DNA of 42,821 nucleotides from Vicugna vicugna (taxonomy: Eukaryota): assembly GCA_013265495.1 (NCBI GenBank), contig MU058451.1, positions 372,001 through 414,821 of the forward strand, written 5' to 3'. How positions within the stretch are numbered: the first letter of the stretch is position 1; every line of letters begins with the position of its first letter. Below are positions 1-12,425 of the stretch, piece after piece. The notes below the pieces were generated by a model. That model worked only from the letters and a program-made list of their open reading frames with translations. It was not told the origin of the DNA and did no database searches. Position numbers and translations under genes: made by a program.

Positions 1-959
1 CAAATTATGTTGCACAGCTTTAAAAAAAAACCTTTACCATACATTTTCAAATAAAATTATCTTTCATGCTACTGCGTGATGAACTGAAATTTTTAGTCTG
101 TAATTCCAGGCACTGAATTGAAAAGAATGTTTCCCATTTCCATAGTACTACAAGTAGAAATATGTAAATGAGTTCATGGGCAGAATCATTAATTTAGATA
201 AAAAGTAAAAACACATTAATTGAACACCAAAAATGTGACAGTTCTTGCACAAAATCTAAAATGAGACAGCTGCTACCACTGGAGCTTATAAATCTAAATT
301 AAATGGGCAAAAAAGCAGAGAATTTTAATTCTTGTTTTCCAGGAAAATGACAAGTCTGAAAGTCAGTGCTCCAATCTTTAAACTAACAGCAGTTAAGTCT
401 GATATTGGCCTAATTATCAGTGCCAAAATTTTAGTTGGGGTTTGGGTAGGAAGCAGAAAATTTTGACCCAACTTAGAACCACAAGAGATCAAGTGAAATG
501 GATTCCCTCTGGTTATTTCCTGGAAGATCTGGTCTGTAACACAGCCTTAGCACATACTGCTTACACCCCATATCAGCAGCCTTAAATAAAATAACCACAA
601 ACTGATTCTAAATAAGACCTAAATAATTATTGAGAAATGACTAATTATGCAGACCTGAAAACACTCTTAAATATTATTTCAAATATTTTATATATCATTT
701 GTTGAAAATTTGACAGGGAACTTTGGCTCTAAGTTGAGGGAAATAGACTTGTATGTAAAAATGAGAAGAGACATCAGCATTTTTGAACACCTACCCAAGG
801 CCATTATAATGTATGACATGGATGCACGTCTCTGCAGTTGGCTGTAGTAGTATGCAAATGAAATGGTGGGGCCAGTGGGGGGTGAGGGGGGAACAGGGCC
901 ACTTTTTCAAGGGAGGTAGTTCAAGGTTTTCAGAATCTCAAAGGAATCTGGCTACACAA

Positions 960-1130
960 AACATAATTTCATTGATTTCTTACATAATCCTATGAGGTAT
1001 TTATTACTACTTCAAAAATGGGGAAATTGAGACTCAGTGAATTTAAAAAGCTTTCCCAAGGTCAACTATTAGTAAAAATAAAAGCAATGCAAGTTTTTCT
1101 GGTTCCAAAGTCCCAGCTCTTAACTTACTA
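960..1130 (-). mobile_element. MIR SINE fragment
   Basis: Reverse-complement MIR core: aatcctatgaggta...aatggggaaattgagactcagtga...ttcccaaggtca...ctcttaac. Confidence 0.65.
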
Positions 1131-1173
1131 TGCTAAAAAATGACAGCATAAAATGAAGAAATTGATTTTGGGA

Positions 1174-1266
1174 TTTTGGGGGGGGGTAATTAGATTTTTT
1201 TTTTATTTAATGGAGGTACCTTGTGCCTGCTAAGCATGTACTCTACCACTGAGCTATAGCCTCCCC
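1174..1266 (-). mobile_element. Vic-1-type camelid tRNA-derived SINE with internal deletion of the B-box
   Basis: Minus strand reads GGGGAGGCTATAGCTCAGTGGTAGAGTACATGCTTAGCAGGCACAAGGTACCTCCATTAAATAAAA...CTAATTACCCCCC. Flanks gaagaaattg (1155-1164) and gaagaaactg (1272-1281) resemble a TSD. Confidence 0.8.
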
Positions 1267-1344
1267 TCCTCGAAGAAACTGTTCTTCAACCAGCTTTGCA
1301 AAAAGCAGCCTGCTGATGCCGACTATAATAATGACGACGATGAT

Positions 1345-1535
1345 GATACTAATGGTGAACATCTATACAACCCTAACTACGTATCCGGCGGCACTGCTGT
1401 CAGTGCCCCATTTAGTCCTCACAACAGTACACACAGATCACAGACACCATTACGGTGGTCCCTGCGGAGTTCCCAGGTGGTGGAGCTGGGTTTCAAACCG
1501 AGGCAGTAGGGCTCCTCATTCTCCACCCTTAACTG
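1345..1535 (-). mobile_element. MIR SINE fragment
   Basis: catttagtcctcacaac...gagctgggtttcaaaccgaggcagt...cttaac pattern. Confidence 0.55.
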
Positions 1536-2911
1536 CTGTGAAAAAGACCCTTCATCTAGCGAGGCCCCGCAATTAAGGGATATGGGTAGAAAATGCAGGA
1601 AGCAGTCTTTCCTAAATAAATTTCTTCATGTTTTAAGAAATATTTTAAAAGATAATTATTACATGGTAATTCCTCCTTATTTTAGTTAACATGCAATACC
1701 ACGTAAACCTAAGTTATCACAAATAGTTTCAGGAACAATTTTCTGGTTCCTAAAAGATTTGCATAAACTCAAAGCGTCAGCCTCATCTCCCATCTAAGAA
1801 AGCTCTCATCTTCTATTACTGTATTAATATGATGAGCACAGGAGAAACCCTATGTTTTAGAAATGTTTATTACACAGCCTACGACATGGGACAGCAGAAT
1901 CAAAGTTCTCAAAATCCTTAAAAAAGACTGGCCACGGGCTTTCCCTCCACCTTTTCAGTTCCCTAGCAGAAGAATCCCTTTTCTGTGACTGGGTCTGGAC
2001 AAATGCATTGTATCTTGGTGGAGTCATCAGACTGCTTATCCTCTGCGTACCAGTAGTTCATGTTATCACTGTCATTTTGTTTCTGACACAATTTTACTTT
2101 ACTGGGGACGGCTGCTGGGGAGAATGAACCCCAAGAGAAAAGTCTTCATGCCAACTAAAAATCTTTAAAAGTTATACCTTAAAATTAGAAACAGTAAAAA
2201 AGAAAAACAAATTAGCAAGAGTAATCTGTCTTTCTCCTCTACATGAAACTCTGAACTAAACTTTTGATTCTATCAGTTATTTCCAGTGATGATTTTAGTT
2301 ATTAGCTCGCATATCAACTAAAACCCAAATAAAAATGCGCAACTGCTGGTTACAGACTGCTGCTTTCTCACATTAAATTTCCCATCAAAGGATATAAAAG
2401 TGTCAATAATTATGACGTTTATAAATAATGAATCAAGGTTCAAAAAAAGGCAGTCGGATCAGTTTTAAGTGTTTTGAATATGCAAACATGAGTACTCATC
2501 ATACAGTTTATGCTTTCTATAAATAAGATAGGAAATAAGTGTCAAGTAGGTTCTTAGTGTGAGGAAAAAAAAAAGTATTGGTAAAGCCGTAAGTCAACTG
2601 CAGCCTAAAGACTGTATAACTGATTATATGTACAAGCTTTAAAAATCATCTTTTAGTCTCAGTTTCATTTAGTAGAATTCCATGAATTACTTAAGATTTA
2701 CCTATACATGTCATATAACTTCTAAAAATGAAATTCTACTACCACTACTACCAATCTGGTTTAGGACAAATTTAACTTGTTCCCAAGTGAACTCATTCCC
2801 TGCTCTCCTCTTCAACCCCTCCGCCTCCCCCTCACACACACTTTAAATTCCAAATGACACTGAACACAAGTAAGACACATTTTCACAAGAATTCCATTTT
2901 CAAACTAATTG

Positions 2912-3010
2912 CTTTCATTCACTCAGCAAATTAGGTAACAGCTACAATGTGCTAGGCACTGTGCAAGGCAAAAAAGACAAGCTCCCTGCCCTCTAGAGCT
3001 TAGAATTCAG
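2912..3010 (-). mobile_element. L2 LINE 3' end
   Basis: ttcattcactcagcaaat...tgtgctaggcactgtgc...ccctgccctctagagcttagaattcag. Confidence 0.65.
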
Positions 3011-3234
3011 TGTGATTGTTAATCCCCTGTCCCCTGCCCTAGACTCTGCGCCGGTCACTGGCATTCCTCTAGTGGCAAGGGGCTCACTCCAGGAGCCTAA
3101 CAGTAATACTTTACGATTACTCTACCATGAAGCAAAAATTTTAAAAGACTGAGCAGCCCAAGATTTTGTTCCTTCAGTCAGCATTTGTTATTTATGTGTT
3201 AACACAGGAAATTCTGTTCTTTAAAAAAACTGCT

Positions 3235-3390
3235 TAAGAGGATGAAATGATGTGATCTGGGATTTGCTTCAAAATGGGAGCAGGGGTGGGGAGTGGGTAA
3301 AAGCAATAGAGGGGCTGGTTCATGGGAGATCATTATATTATCCTGTCTACTTTCACATAGGTTTAAACTTTTCCATAATAATTTTTTTTT
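3235..3390 (+). mobile_element. Old L1 (L1M-class) 3'UTR end
   Basis: gatgaaatgatgtgatctgggatttgcttcaaaat...cattatattatcctgtctactttcacataggtttaaacttttccataat. Confidence 0.55.
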
Positions 3391-4575
3391 AATTTTAAGG
3401 CTGTTAGCCAATACTAAAAAAAAAAAAAGAAAGAAAAAATTTAACTTCAGGAATTCCAGGAAGCTGCACAGAGAAACAGCACAGGAACAATGAGGGTATT
3501 TCAAGGTACTTATTTAATCCACCATGGGATCCTGAATCGTAATCCTAATTATAAATATCAAGTTTCCATTGTTTCAAACTGCTCGTTTGTTAAACTGAAA
3601 GCAGAACTGCTGACCTCGCTCACCGATAACATCCTGGGAGCCTGTGATGATGCAGAGCCCTACAAAGGTACCATGTTAGTGCCAGAGACACACGAATACT
3701 TACCACGTGAAAGTATTTTCATATTTTCTTTTCCAGCCTCATAGATGAAATGGGGGTATTATTGCAACACCCACCACACAATTACCAAATGTAAAATAAT
3801 TATTTCCTATGTTATTCAAGCTTATAGAGGTAATGACAGAAATGCAAAACTGAAGCTGTGTAATGATGTATGTAGCACAGGGATCAGAGCTAGATGATTT
3901 TTTTTAAATAGAATACATTTTACTTGACATTTCCCAGCTTCTGAAACTCTCATTTAGAGTTAAAACCTGGTCCAGATACTGTACAGTTTAAGATTTCATG
4001 GCTATATTTAAATGTGCCCATAACTACAACCAATATTTATAATGGCATTTTATAGGTTATAAAGCATTTAATCTGTTTTTCTCATTTACTAGTCAAAAAA
4101 TCCTGTGAATTACATGAGTTATATGGGAATATTTTTGAAAACTAAACTGCCTATGCCTCCAACTCAGGAGAGGAGCCAGAAGTGATCCCAAAACATCTAA
4201 ATCCAAATTCCTTTCACTTTCCATTATCCCAAGCTGCTGTTGCTGAAGGAATTTATCATTTTGTTAAAGATACAAAACCTAAATACACACACATACACAC
4301 ACAAAAAATCAGAACATGAGATGAGCTATCAATAGCCAAATGTGTGATCTGGGTAGTAAATCCTGGTGAAGATCAGGCAGGGAGAAAATCATCAATGGAC
4401 CACAGTCCTGGAAAATGGGTCTCAGAGTGAATGTCACATAAGCTACAAGGAAGCGCACCTGGCAGGGGTAGATGGCAGCTTTCAATTTGCCCACAATCAA
4501 GAACCTTTGGGTTAAAAACTGGCTGGAATAAAGGGTTGTAAAAGCATACTGTGAGGCTTGTATTTAAAATACATA

Positions 4576-5184
4576 TTTTGCACAGAAAGGAAACCATCAA
4601 CAAAATGAAAAGGCAACCTACAGAATGGGAGAAAATATTTACAAATCATACACCTGGTAAGAGATGAATATGCATAATATCTAAGTAACTCACAACTCAA
4701 CAGAAAAAGAAATAATCCAGTTAAAAAATGGGCAGAGGAACTGAATAGACATTTTCCCAAAGAAGACATAAGAATGGCTAAAAGGTACAACAAAAGGTGC
4801 TCAACATCACTAATCATCAGGTAAATGCAAATCAAAACCACAGTGATGTCATTTCACAGCTGTTAGAATGGCTGGCATCAAAAACACAGGAGATAACAAG
4901 TGTTGGTGAGGATTTGGAGAAAAGGGAACCAACCCTTGTGCACTGTTGATGGTAATGTAAGCTGGTGCAGCCACTGTGGAAAATAATATGGAAGTTTCTC
5001 AAAAAATTAAAAATAGAACTACCATATGATCCAGCAACTCCACTTCTGGGTATATATCTGAAGGAAATGAAATCACTATCTCAAAGAGGTATCTGCACCC
5101 TCATGTGCATTGCAGTATTATTTACAATAGACAAAACATGCAAACAACCTAAGGGCCTGCTGATGGATAAATGGATAAAAAAAT

Positions 5185-5221
<37 letters not shown>

Positions 5222-5757
5222 GTATCTCCCTCCAATAGAATATTATTCAGCCATAAAAAAGATTTCCTGCCATTTGTAATAACATAGATGGATCCCGAGG
5301 GCATTCTGCTAAGAGTAATAATTTAAAGAACAAATTTAATTTTATCTCACTTACATGTAGAATCTTAAAAAAAAAAAGAGCTCATAGAAACAAAACAGAT
5401 TGGTGGTTCTTGAGGTGGAGGGGGAGGAGGGAGGATGGCTGGTACCACTGCAGGGGGAATGGGCAAAGGGGGTCAAAAGATACAAACTTCCAGTTACAAG
5501 ATAAATTCTGGGGATGTTATATCTAGCATAGTGAATATAATTGACATTACTGTTTATATATTTGAAAGCTGCTGAGAGTAAATCTTAGAAGTTCTCATCA
5601 CAAGAAAAAAAAATTTGTAACACTGGTGGTGATAGACATTAACTAGACTTAGTGTGGTGATTATTTTGTGACATAGGCATAGATTAAATCATCATGTTGT
5701 ATATCTTAAATTAATACAATATTATATGTTAATTACATCTCAATAAAACTGGGAAAA
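4576..5757 (+). mobile_element. 5'-truncated L1 (ORF2 C-terminus plus 3'UTR), decayed
   Basis: ORF 4965-5219 [30 protein letters not shown]...MDKWIKK is the L1 ORF2p C-terminal region. Ends in tacatctcaataaaactgggaaaa. Confidence 0.93.
5188..5218. repeat. (AT)n microsatellite inside L1
   Basis: Direct read, about 15 units. Confidence 0.95.
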
Positions 5758-8700
5758 TTTTTTAAATCCTTTTTTTTTATTTCAACAAGGAAGAAAAGGA
5801 ACAAAGTAGTCTTAGCCCCTATGTGATAAAGTCATGGAAGACCAAGGAACACACATATTCCACGTTGGGAAGGCTTGAGTATTTGTTGCTCCAGGCCCAC
5901 CAACTGTATACCACATACTCAGCCAGTAGATATTATGATCAGGAATTTCAGAATATGAACCAGGAAAGGAAGGTATTCTAAATGAAAATTACAGTTTATT
6001 TGTAAAGGGGAGTCTGAGCAAAGTCAAAGCATGGATGTGTCTCTTTCTCAACATACCAAGATAGCAAACTGGTGCATACCAACCGGTAAATTACTAAATG
6101 ACATCACATGCCGCAGAAGGGTTAATACAACAGATTCAAAAAAGCAGTTTGTCCCCGAGATTCATCTTCTCACCTCGATCCACCATGGGATCAGCTATGT
6201 TAATAATAATGCTTTGCAATTTTATATCAGTTCTCCTGCTAAAAGCTCAAATGCAAGTTGATATGGCACATCACAAACGACACAGATGGTACTCCGCAAT
6301 TTCCACAGCTCTGACTGAATAGCTCATTTGACTTACTAATAAACGTTCCTATTTCAAGATTAAAAACAAATATGAAAAATTAAGGAAAATGGTAGAAAGA
6401 CAGTAAACCTTCATATCCAATTCAGGGGCACCTAGCTGAAAAGGTAAACATCAGACAGAGCATCCAGAGCAAAACACAGTTCCTTCAGATGCTACTGCGC
6501 ACAGGTGTGTGCTTCCAGCCACCAGGGTACTGGGAAATGAAGAGAGGACTGGCAGTAAATGAGGTTATGCTATTTCCTATGAGAAGCTGCAACAGACAGA
6601 CCTAAGAGGAAAAAATCTCACCAAGGAGAAGCTAGACGTGGGATTATCTTGTCCTTCTGTAATTACTCCCTGAAGGGAGACCCATGTCAGAAGCTTCACT
6701 AGAAGTAACAGATACCAGTCTAAGTATAACAGGCTACTGAGACTTATAAATCATAATTAAATTGGACTCCTTTAAAGCAAACATTTTTAAGGGGCTATAT
6801 TCTAAATGTAGAGGTGGACTGCAATCAACCTAGAGGCTTCCTTTATACTATTCGCAAATGCTCTGCTCATATTCTGCTAATAAGAGAAGGCATTTTATTC
6901 CTTTGAACTTAATGAACAGAGCTTCTCAGTGTTCTTCGCTGGTACCTGGAACTACCTCATTTCTCCCTGTGGATCTGGAAATTCCCCACTAGGGAATTTA
7001 GCTATATAAAGTTTTCCATCATCTCTGGGGAAATCATTGTACTCCATTTGTGTAGTAAATACAGGCATCCTCCATTATAATTTGTGAAATACGAATTAAT
7101 CTATGAAACAGACCAGATCTTGAAAAATTCAATCAACTTACCCTTATGGAAAACAGAACTATTATGATGACCAGATTTAACTAAACTGTAAAATGAAGAC
7201 CACTGAAGTAGAGAACAGCTCAGGAGACTTCCTTTCCTTGATGACTGAGGTGGTTTTGTAGCATCTACTTACAGGATTACATTCAAAATCCAGGAAAAAC
7301 AAATACCAGATTTTGGTGAATTATGTCCAACCATTCTTAGCAAGAGCTTCATTTTTTTTCCTGATAAAATTACAGTATTTGAAGCCACAGTCTGAACTGA
7401 TCAAAAATAACATTCAAGTCGTATATAGCAATTTTCTCAAAGAAAGGGGGCTTTAAATTATAATCAAAACCTGTCAGATGATTCCAAGACTGATGTCCCA
7501 TTAGGTACTCCTCTGAGAAATCGAAATATCTCTGCTGAGAATGCTGTTGCCCACTTTTAAGAACACTTAGATATGGCAAACAAGCATTCAGTCTCCCAGG
7601 TTAATGAAATGTGTATTGTATGTACTTTATATTTCTGATATTTTCAATATAATAATTAAAGTGTTCTGCCACCTCTAAGTGGTTTTAAAAACACTGCCCC
7701 TAAATTTTCCAAAACATTAGGAGCTTTAACTCTACTGATTTCAATTGCCCTCCTCTGTCTTCTGCATGAAACAGCACTACCAGCTTTACTTCCAACTCCC
7801 ATGAAACCATATGGATTTAACAAGGACAAGAATGCCGTAGACCAACATTCACATAGCCTTTGTCCTCCCTCTGTACTCCCACCCGCCAAGAACTTAATTA
7901 GACCTACTAAGTGTTAAAACAATATGTGATAATAATAATAACCATTTCTGTAATCAGAGGAGTAGCACATTTACTCTAAACAGTTGAAAATTACAAAACA
8001 ATTTATAATGTATCCTTACAGACTCTGAAATACAGAGCACTGCATCACCTTCTGCATTTCTGGAACACGCATTACTTGATAAATGAAGGTGGTTTAAAAA
8101 AGCTTGACCATAAATAGTCTTGAATATCTAGTTGGTTCTAGTCTTCAGAATTAACTTCCTAAATGGTTCCTTGAATCATCCTTAATCTACATTTAAAATA
8201 ATCTACTCTGAATCACAATCCCAAATAACTACTCAGGATCTACTGGATACCAAATACGTGTCAACTACTGACCATCGAAGGGAATTCAGAGTAACAATAA
8301 TAACAGGGGACATTTAAGGAAATTTGGGCACAAGGTCACACTTGTTCAAGTGATGAAGGGAGACCACACATAATCCAGGCAGTGTGGCCCCAACTGATTT
8401 CAGAGAATTAATTACTTAACTTATTTAATTAAATAAGCCAACCAACCTCTGTATTCACAGAACTCCAAAGTTTGCTGGCATATTAACATCTTCCAACAGA
8501 ACATTCCACAAATTTTTAGCAGGTTCTCTAAGAAAGATTTTACAACTTTTCTGCCCTTCAGTGACATCATCTCATAAGAGTGACTAGAAAGAAAACTTAA
8601 TGACAGGATCTTGAAAGATTTTACCTTCATTTTATCCTGAAAATTGAAGTGCCTTTTTCAAAAGACACCAAGTCTGTGGCTGGTTGTACATAAAATGTCG

Positions 8701-9514
8701 TTAGTTACTTCAGCGTTTGGTTTTCTCATCTTTCTGCTACAGAGAAACGTCACAATATGTAAGAGTGAGTGCCAAGAGCACGCACAGCTCGACAAGTGAT
8801 GGTCTTGTCCGTGGTCTCCACGCTGATTTTCCCACACTCTCCTCTTATTCTCAGGTTACTGAGATTCCTGATGGGAAGGAGGAGGGTTTCCCACCTGCCT
8901 CAGGACCTAGACCAGGGGACCTTCAGTCTAGCTCCCTACCTCATCTTTCAAGATCAACCCTAAGAGTCTCTTTAAAAAGGCAGAGACCCACCCATACTTC
9001 TGTAATCACAGTGAGACCCTGGAATTTCCACCTGGATAAGCACAGTAGACTACTGATGTACTCTAAAATTTGGACTAGAGACTTAGACCAAAAACTATCA
9101 TCCATGCTTCCAGCATACAAAAAGCAGAACGTTTTAACAAGAAGCTGCCTTAATCTATAAAATGATCTGCTGAAGCAGCACCATTCTGGTGCTTTCTGAG
9201 AGAACCGTGTTAATTATTACCCATACCATGAATGGCTTTCAGGGCTAACTCCCTAGAAATGCTTCTGGTAAAACAAACAGTCAGAAATATATGTCATAAT
9301 CATTTCATCAAGAGTTCTACACAGTGATATATGACTAGGAAAGGAAAACAACAGAAAGAGGCCACAGTTTTTCTCTATCTGGTAAAAAAAGAATTCTAGA
9401 ATTTAAAGAAAAATTTTAGAAAGATTAACGCCCTGCAATCCTCCTTAGTGATAAGTAGAGAATCCTTTACCAGAAGATTTCTTTAAAATCATCTAATTCA
9501 TTCTGCCTTCACTA

Positions 9515-9660
9515 ATTAAACTTTCTTTTCTGATCCTCACCACTCTTTGAGGCAAACAAGTATAATCCCCATTCAACAAAAATGGAAATTGGGACTCAGA
9601 AACATTAAATCACTTGCTCAAGGTGACAGGTCCAGCCATAGGCACTATACACTTAATCAT
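9515..9660 (-). mobile_element. MIR SINE fragment
   Basis: tgatcctcac...atccccattcaacaaaaatggaaattgggactcagaaacattaaatcacttgctcaaggtgacag. Confidence 0.65.
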
Positions 9661-9904
9661 TATTATACTTATTTTTAAATTATACAAATTTCCTCTGGTT
9701 GAAAAAAAAAGTTTAAATTTTTTATCAGAAAGTTCTTCTTAACATCTAACTAAAGTCCCATTAAATATAGTTTAAGACCACTGCCTTCTGTTGGATTGAA
9801 GAACTGTTGCTCATTGTATCTCATATTGAATCACTTCCTGTATCAGAAATAATTAACTTTCCTCCTCTTCTGTTAAAGGAAAAGACAGCAACACTTCAAC
9901 TTAG

Positions 9905-10405
9905 CCTGATGGTTCCCAAGGATGACATTTCTCATCCTACGTGCTCTTTTTCTAATTCAACTTCTAACATTCCTCCGAAGGAGAGGTGGGGTCTGGGGAG
10001 GCTTGCGACTAAAGTATAAGTGATGCTATGTGATTTCTGAGGTTGTCACAAAAGATACAGCTTCCTTGGAACTCAGTCTTGGAACACCAGCCGCCATGCT
10101 GCGAGGAAGTCCAAGCAGGTGCAGGGAGGCCACAGGCAGGTAGTCCATCTAGCCTGTAACTCAGCAGAGGCCCCAGCCAACAGCCTACATCAAACACTAG
10201 GCATCCAAGTGACGAGCAAGCCTTCAGTTGATTCCAGCACTGAGCCATTGACTCAACCCTGGATTTGACTCTTCCCAGCTGAGATGCTGGACATCATGGA
10301 GCAGGTAAGGTGTGTCCATCATGCCTTTTCCCAACCTGACCATATTTGTAAGCTTAATGCTGCCAAGTTTCAAACTATATATCATGCAGCAATAAAAACC
10401 AGAAC
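9905..10405 (+). mobile_element. MaLR LTR (MLT1 family) solo LTR
   Basis: ccagccgccatgctgcgaggaagtccaagc...ccccagccaacagc...atgcagcaataaaaaccagaac, typical MLT1 blocks and 3' end. Confidence 0.8.
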
Positions 10406-10589
10406 TCCCCAATTTACAACTTAAGCAAGAAATGAAAGGACGACAAGGAATAAAAAGCTTCTTTCTGAACAAAATATCCCAAACTCTGTACTCTAAAGAT
10501 TACTAGCTTTACTGGTAAGAGTCTGTCAGGTTCTCATGCAGATCTTATTAAAAGTGCATATAAAATCAAAGGGCATAGGACCTCATCCT

Positions 10590-10890
10590 ACGCACATGTC
10601 TCTTTTTAGAATGCCTTTTCTTCTCTCTGATGAAATCTCCGTCAGCCCTTGAGGCTCAAATCAAACAGTATAGCAGCTATGAAGCCTTTCCTTACCTTAC
10701 AGAATAAACTGTTTCTATAGAATATCTGTCTAGCCCTTCGAATACAATTTTTTATTCTAATGTAGATATTGTACTGTAAGTACTTGTCCACATACCTCTT
10801 TCTTTCCCTAAACTGTGAAATTTTTGAGGAGAGGGGCTATTTCTCTTTAATCTCTGGATTCCAGATTCCAAACTTACAACAGATTAAGTG
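10590..10890 (+). mobile_element. L2 LINE 3' fragment
   Basis: agaatgccttttc...tatgaagcctttcc...ctaaactgtgaaatttttgaggagagggg. Confidence 0.5.
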
Positions 10891-11305
10891 CATAAAATCA
10901 GAAAGGAAAAAGAGGACTTATTTAAATGTTTTAAATGTTTAAACACATATATATATATATACACACACCAAAAGTCACATCCAGTGAACAGAGACAGAAA
11001 AAGGCAAGTCCAGTAATTAAGCTAGAGTTCCAAAGAGTGGGATCTAGACTTACAGTGACTTAGTGGAGAGACAAACAGATAAGTATCTTAAAATATTTCA
11101 TGGACACTCAGTGAATTTTAGCACATTTCAAGTCAGTTTAGCAAACAGGGAAACACTATGCATTTTAAAAGTATTTTCTCCTAAATAACTAAAGTTAAAA
11201 TTTGAGATGCTCAAAGGAATAAAAACCAGAACCAGAAAAATTACATGCACGAGACCTCCTTTCTGAAGGTTTTGTACAGCCACTATTATATAATATTATC
11301 ATTTT

Positions 11306-12078
11306 TGTTGCTGAAACATGGCCTCTGTATCCCGCTTACTGAATTGAGACTCAAGGACAGAGTTTTGGATGAAGGAGAAAAGGAAGCTTTATTTCTTTGC
11401 CAGGCAAAGAAGTCACAGTGGCCTAATGCCTCCAAAACTGTGAGTCTAATGGGGAGAGAAGGCAGGGCCTTTTATAGTAATATTTCAAGAGTTCAAGGGG
11501 CAGAGCTAGTTTTCACAGAGATTGCATACAGTATAAAATTGTTGCAGAGTTGTTCTCGTTTTTTTAGACAGAGTGGCCCCTTCCCTCTGCTGGGTATGAA
11601 GCTCACCTCCAGTTTTGGGACTCTCTTACTATTCTGTATCTAGAACAAAGGATGCATAGGAAGGAGCTCCATGGAAAAGAGCTGCAGAGGAAAACTTGTG
11701 CAGTTTAAAGTCACGCTGATAAATGCTTTTAGCCTTTTAAGTAGGCTGAGGCCTGGGACCTCCCACTGCAGGCTGAGGGCTGAGGGCTGCAGCTAGAACA
11801 ACAGGATACAAGGAACCCACTAGGGGTCAAGAGGAGGGCAATGGGGTCAGGAGTAGGGCACCAGGGGCAAAAACGGGGCACTAAGCATGACCCCTGCACA
11901 CAGCACCAGCACCATGAGGGTGTGAGGCAGACCACCCAAGCCTCCCTCCTTTCCAGCCTAATCCTGATCAGCAACAAAATGAGAGAAACCCTTTAAACCA
12001 TCATACAGTTAAGCAGTTACAAACACCGTAACAGATATCAGATGGTCACCGATGACAACAGGGTCCTGCTCAGTTACA
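11306..12078 (-). mobile_element. Solo ERV1-class LTR (resembles cetartiodactyl MER41-like LTRs)
   Basis: TG...CA termini (tgttg at 11306, gttaca at 12078). Minus-strand TATA (CTATAAAA, 11477-11470) followed by AATAAA (11393-11388). The block gacagagttttggatgaaggagaaaaggaagctttatttctttgccaggcaaag is one I recognise from artiodactyl LTRs. Confidence 0.75.
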
Positions 12079-12387
12079 CTTTCTTTATATTCTTTTTACT
12101 CCCCTACCCTGCCACCTGTCCTTAATGTCCCTGTTTGGTTACATTTCAGAACCCCCAAAGCACCTTCCTCCCGGTTGACCCAAACTGCTTCCTTATCTGA
12201 CTGGACATAGCCCAGAGCCACTGAGAACTGCCACTGCAATACTGCCTGTCCAACCCTCTCCAACATTTTATTTTATTTTTAATTTTGTTCAATTTATTTT
12301 AATAAGCTCTTCAAGCACCTTCTGCAAGTTTGAGCAAAGAAATTCATGAATGTATTTCTTTGAAACCACACTAATAAATTAGTTATC

Positions 12388-12425
12388 TTTTTTTGTATTG
12401 AAGTATAGCTGATTTACAATGTTTC
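12388..12425 (-). mobile_element. Very short cetartiodactyl L1 3' terminus
   Basis: T-run plus attgaagtatagctgatttacaatgtt, the same terminus as the other L1 ends in the window. Confidence 0.6.

Noticed and set aside
1174..1266. tRNA gene (also 36458-36568 and 38239-38350)
   Set aside because: tRNA-like heads continue into SINE tails with TSD-like flanks; no complete cloverleaf.
2051..2155. Possible minus-strand exon (ttttag|TTGGCATG...CTG|gtacgc)
   Set aside because: Weak donor, A-rich acceptor tract, no supporting branch point or homology.
4512..5219. ORFs of 84-109 aa
   Set aside because: Sense and antisense translations of a decayed L1 ORF2, not host genes.
8717..9160. 147-aa plus-strand ORF
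   Set aside because: Non-ATG start, antisense to the host intron, no recognisable homology.
11245..11643. 132-aa ORF
   Set aside because: Runs antisense through the solo LTR; no protein features.
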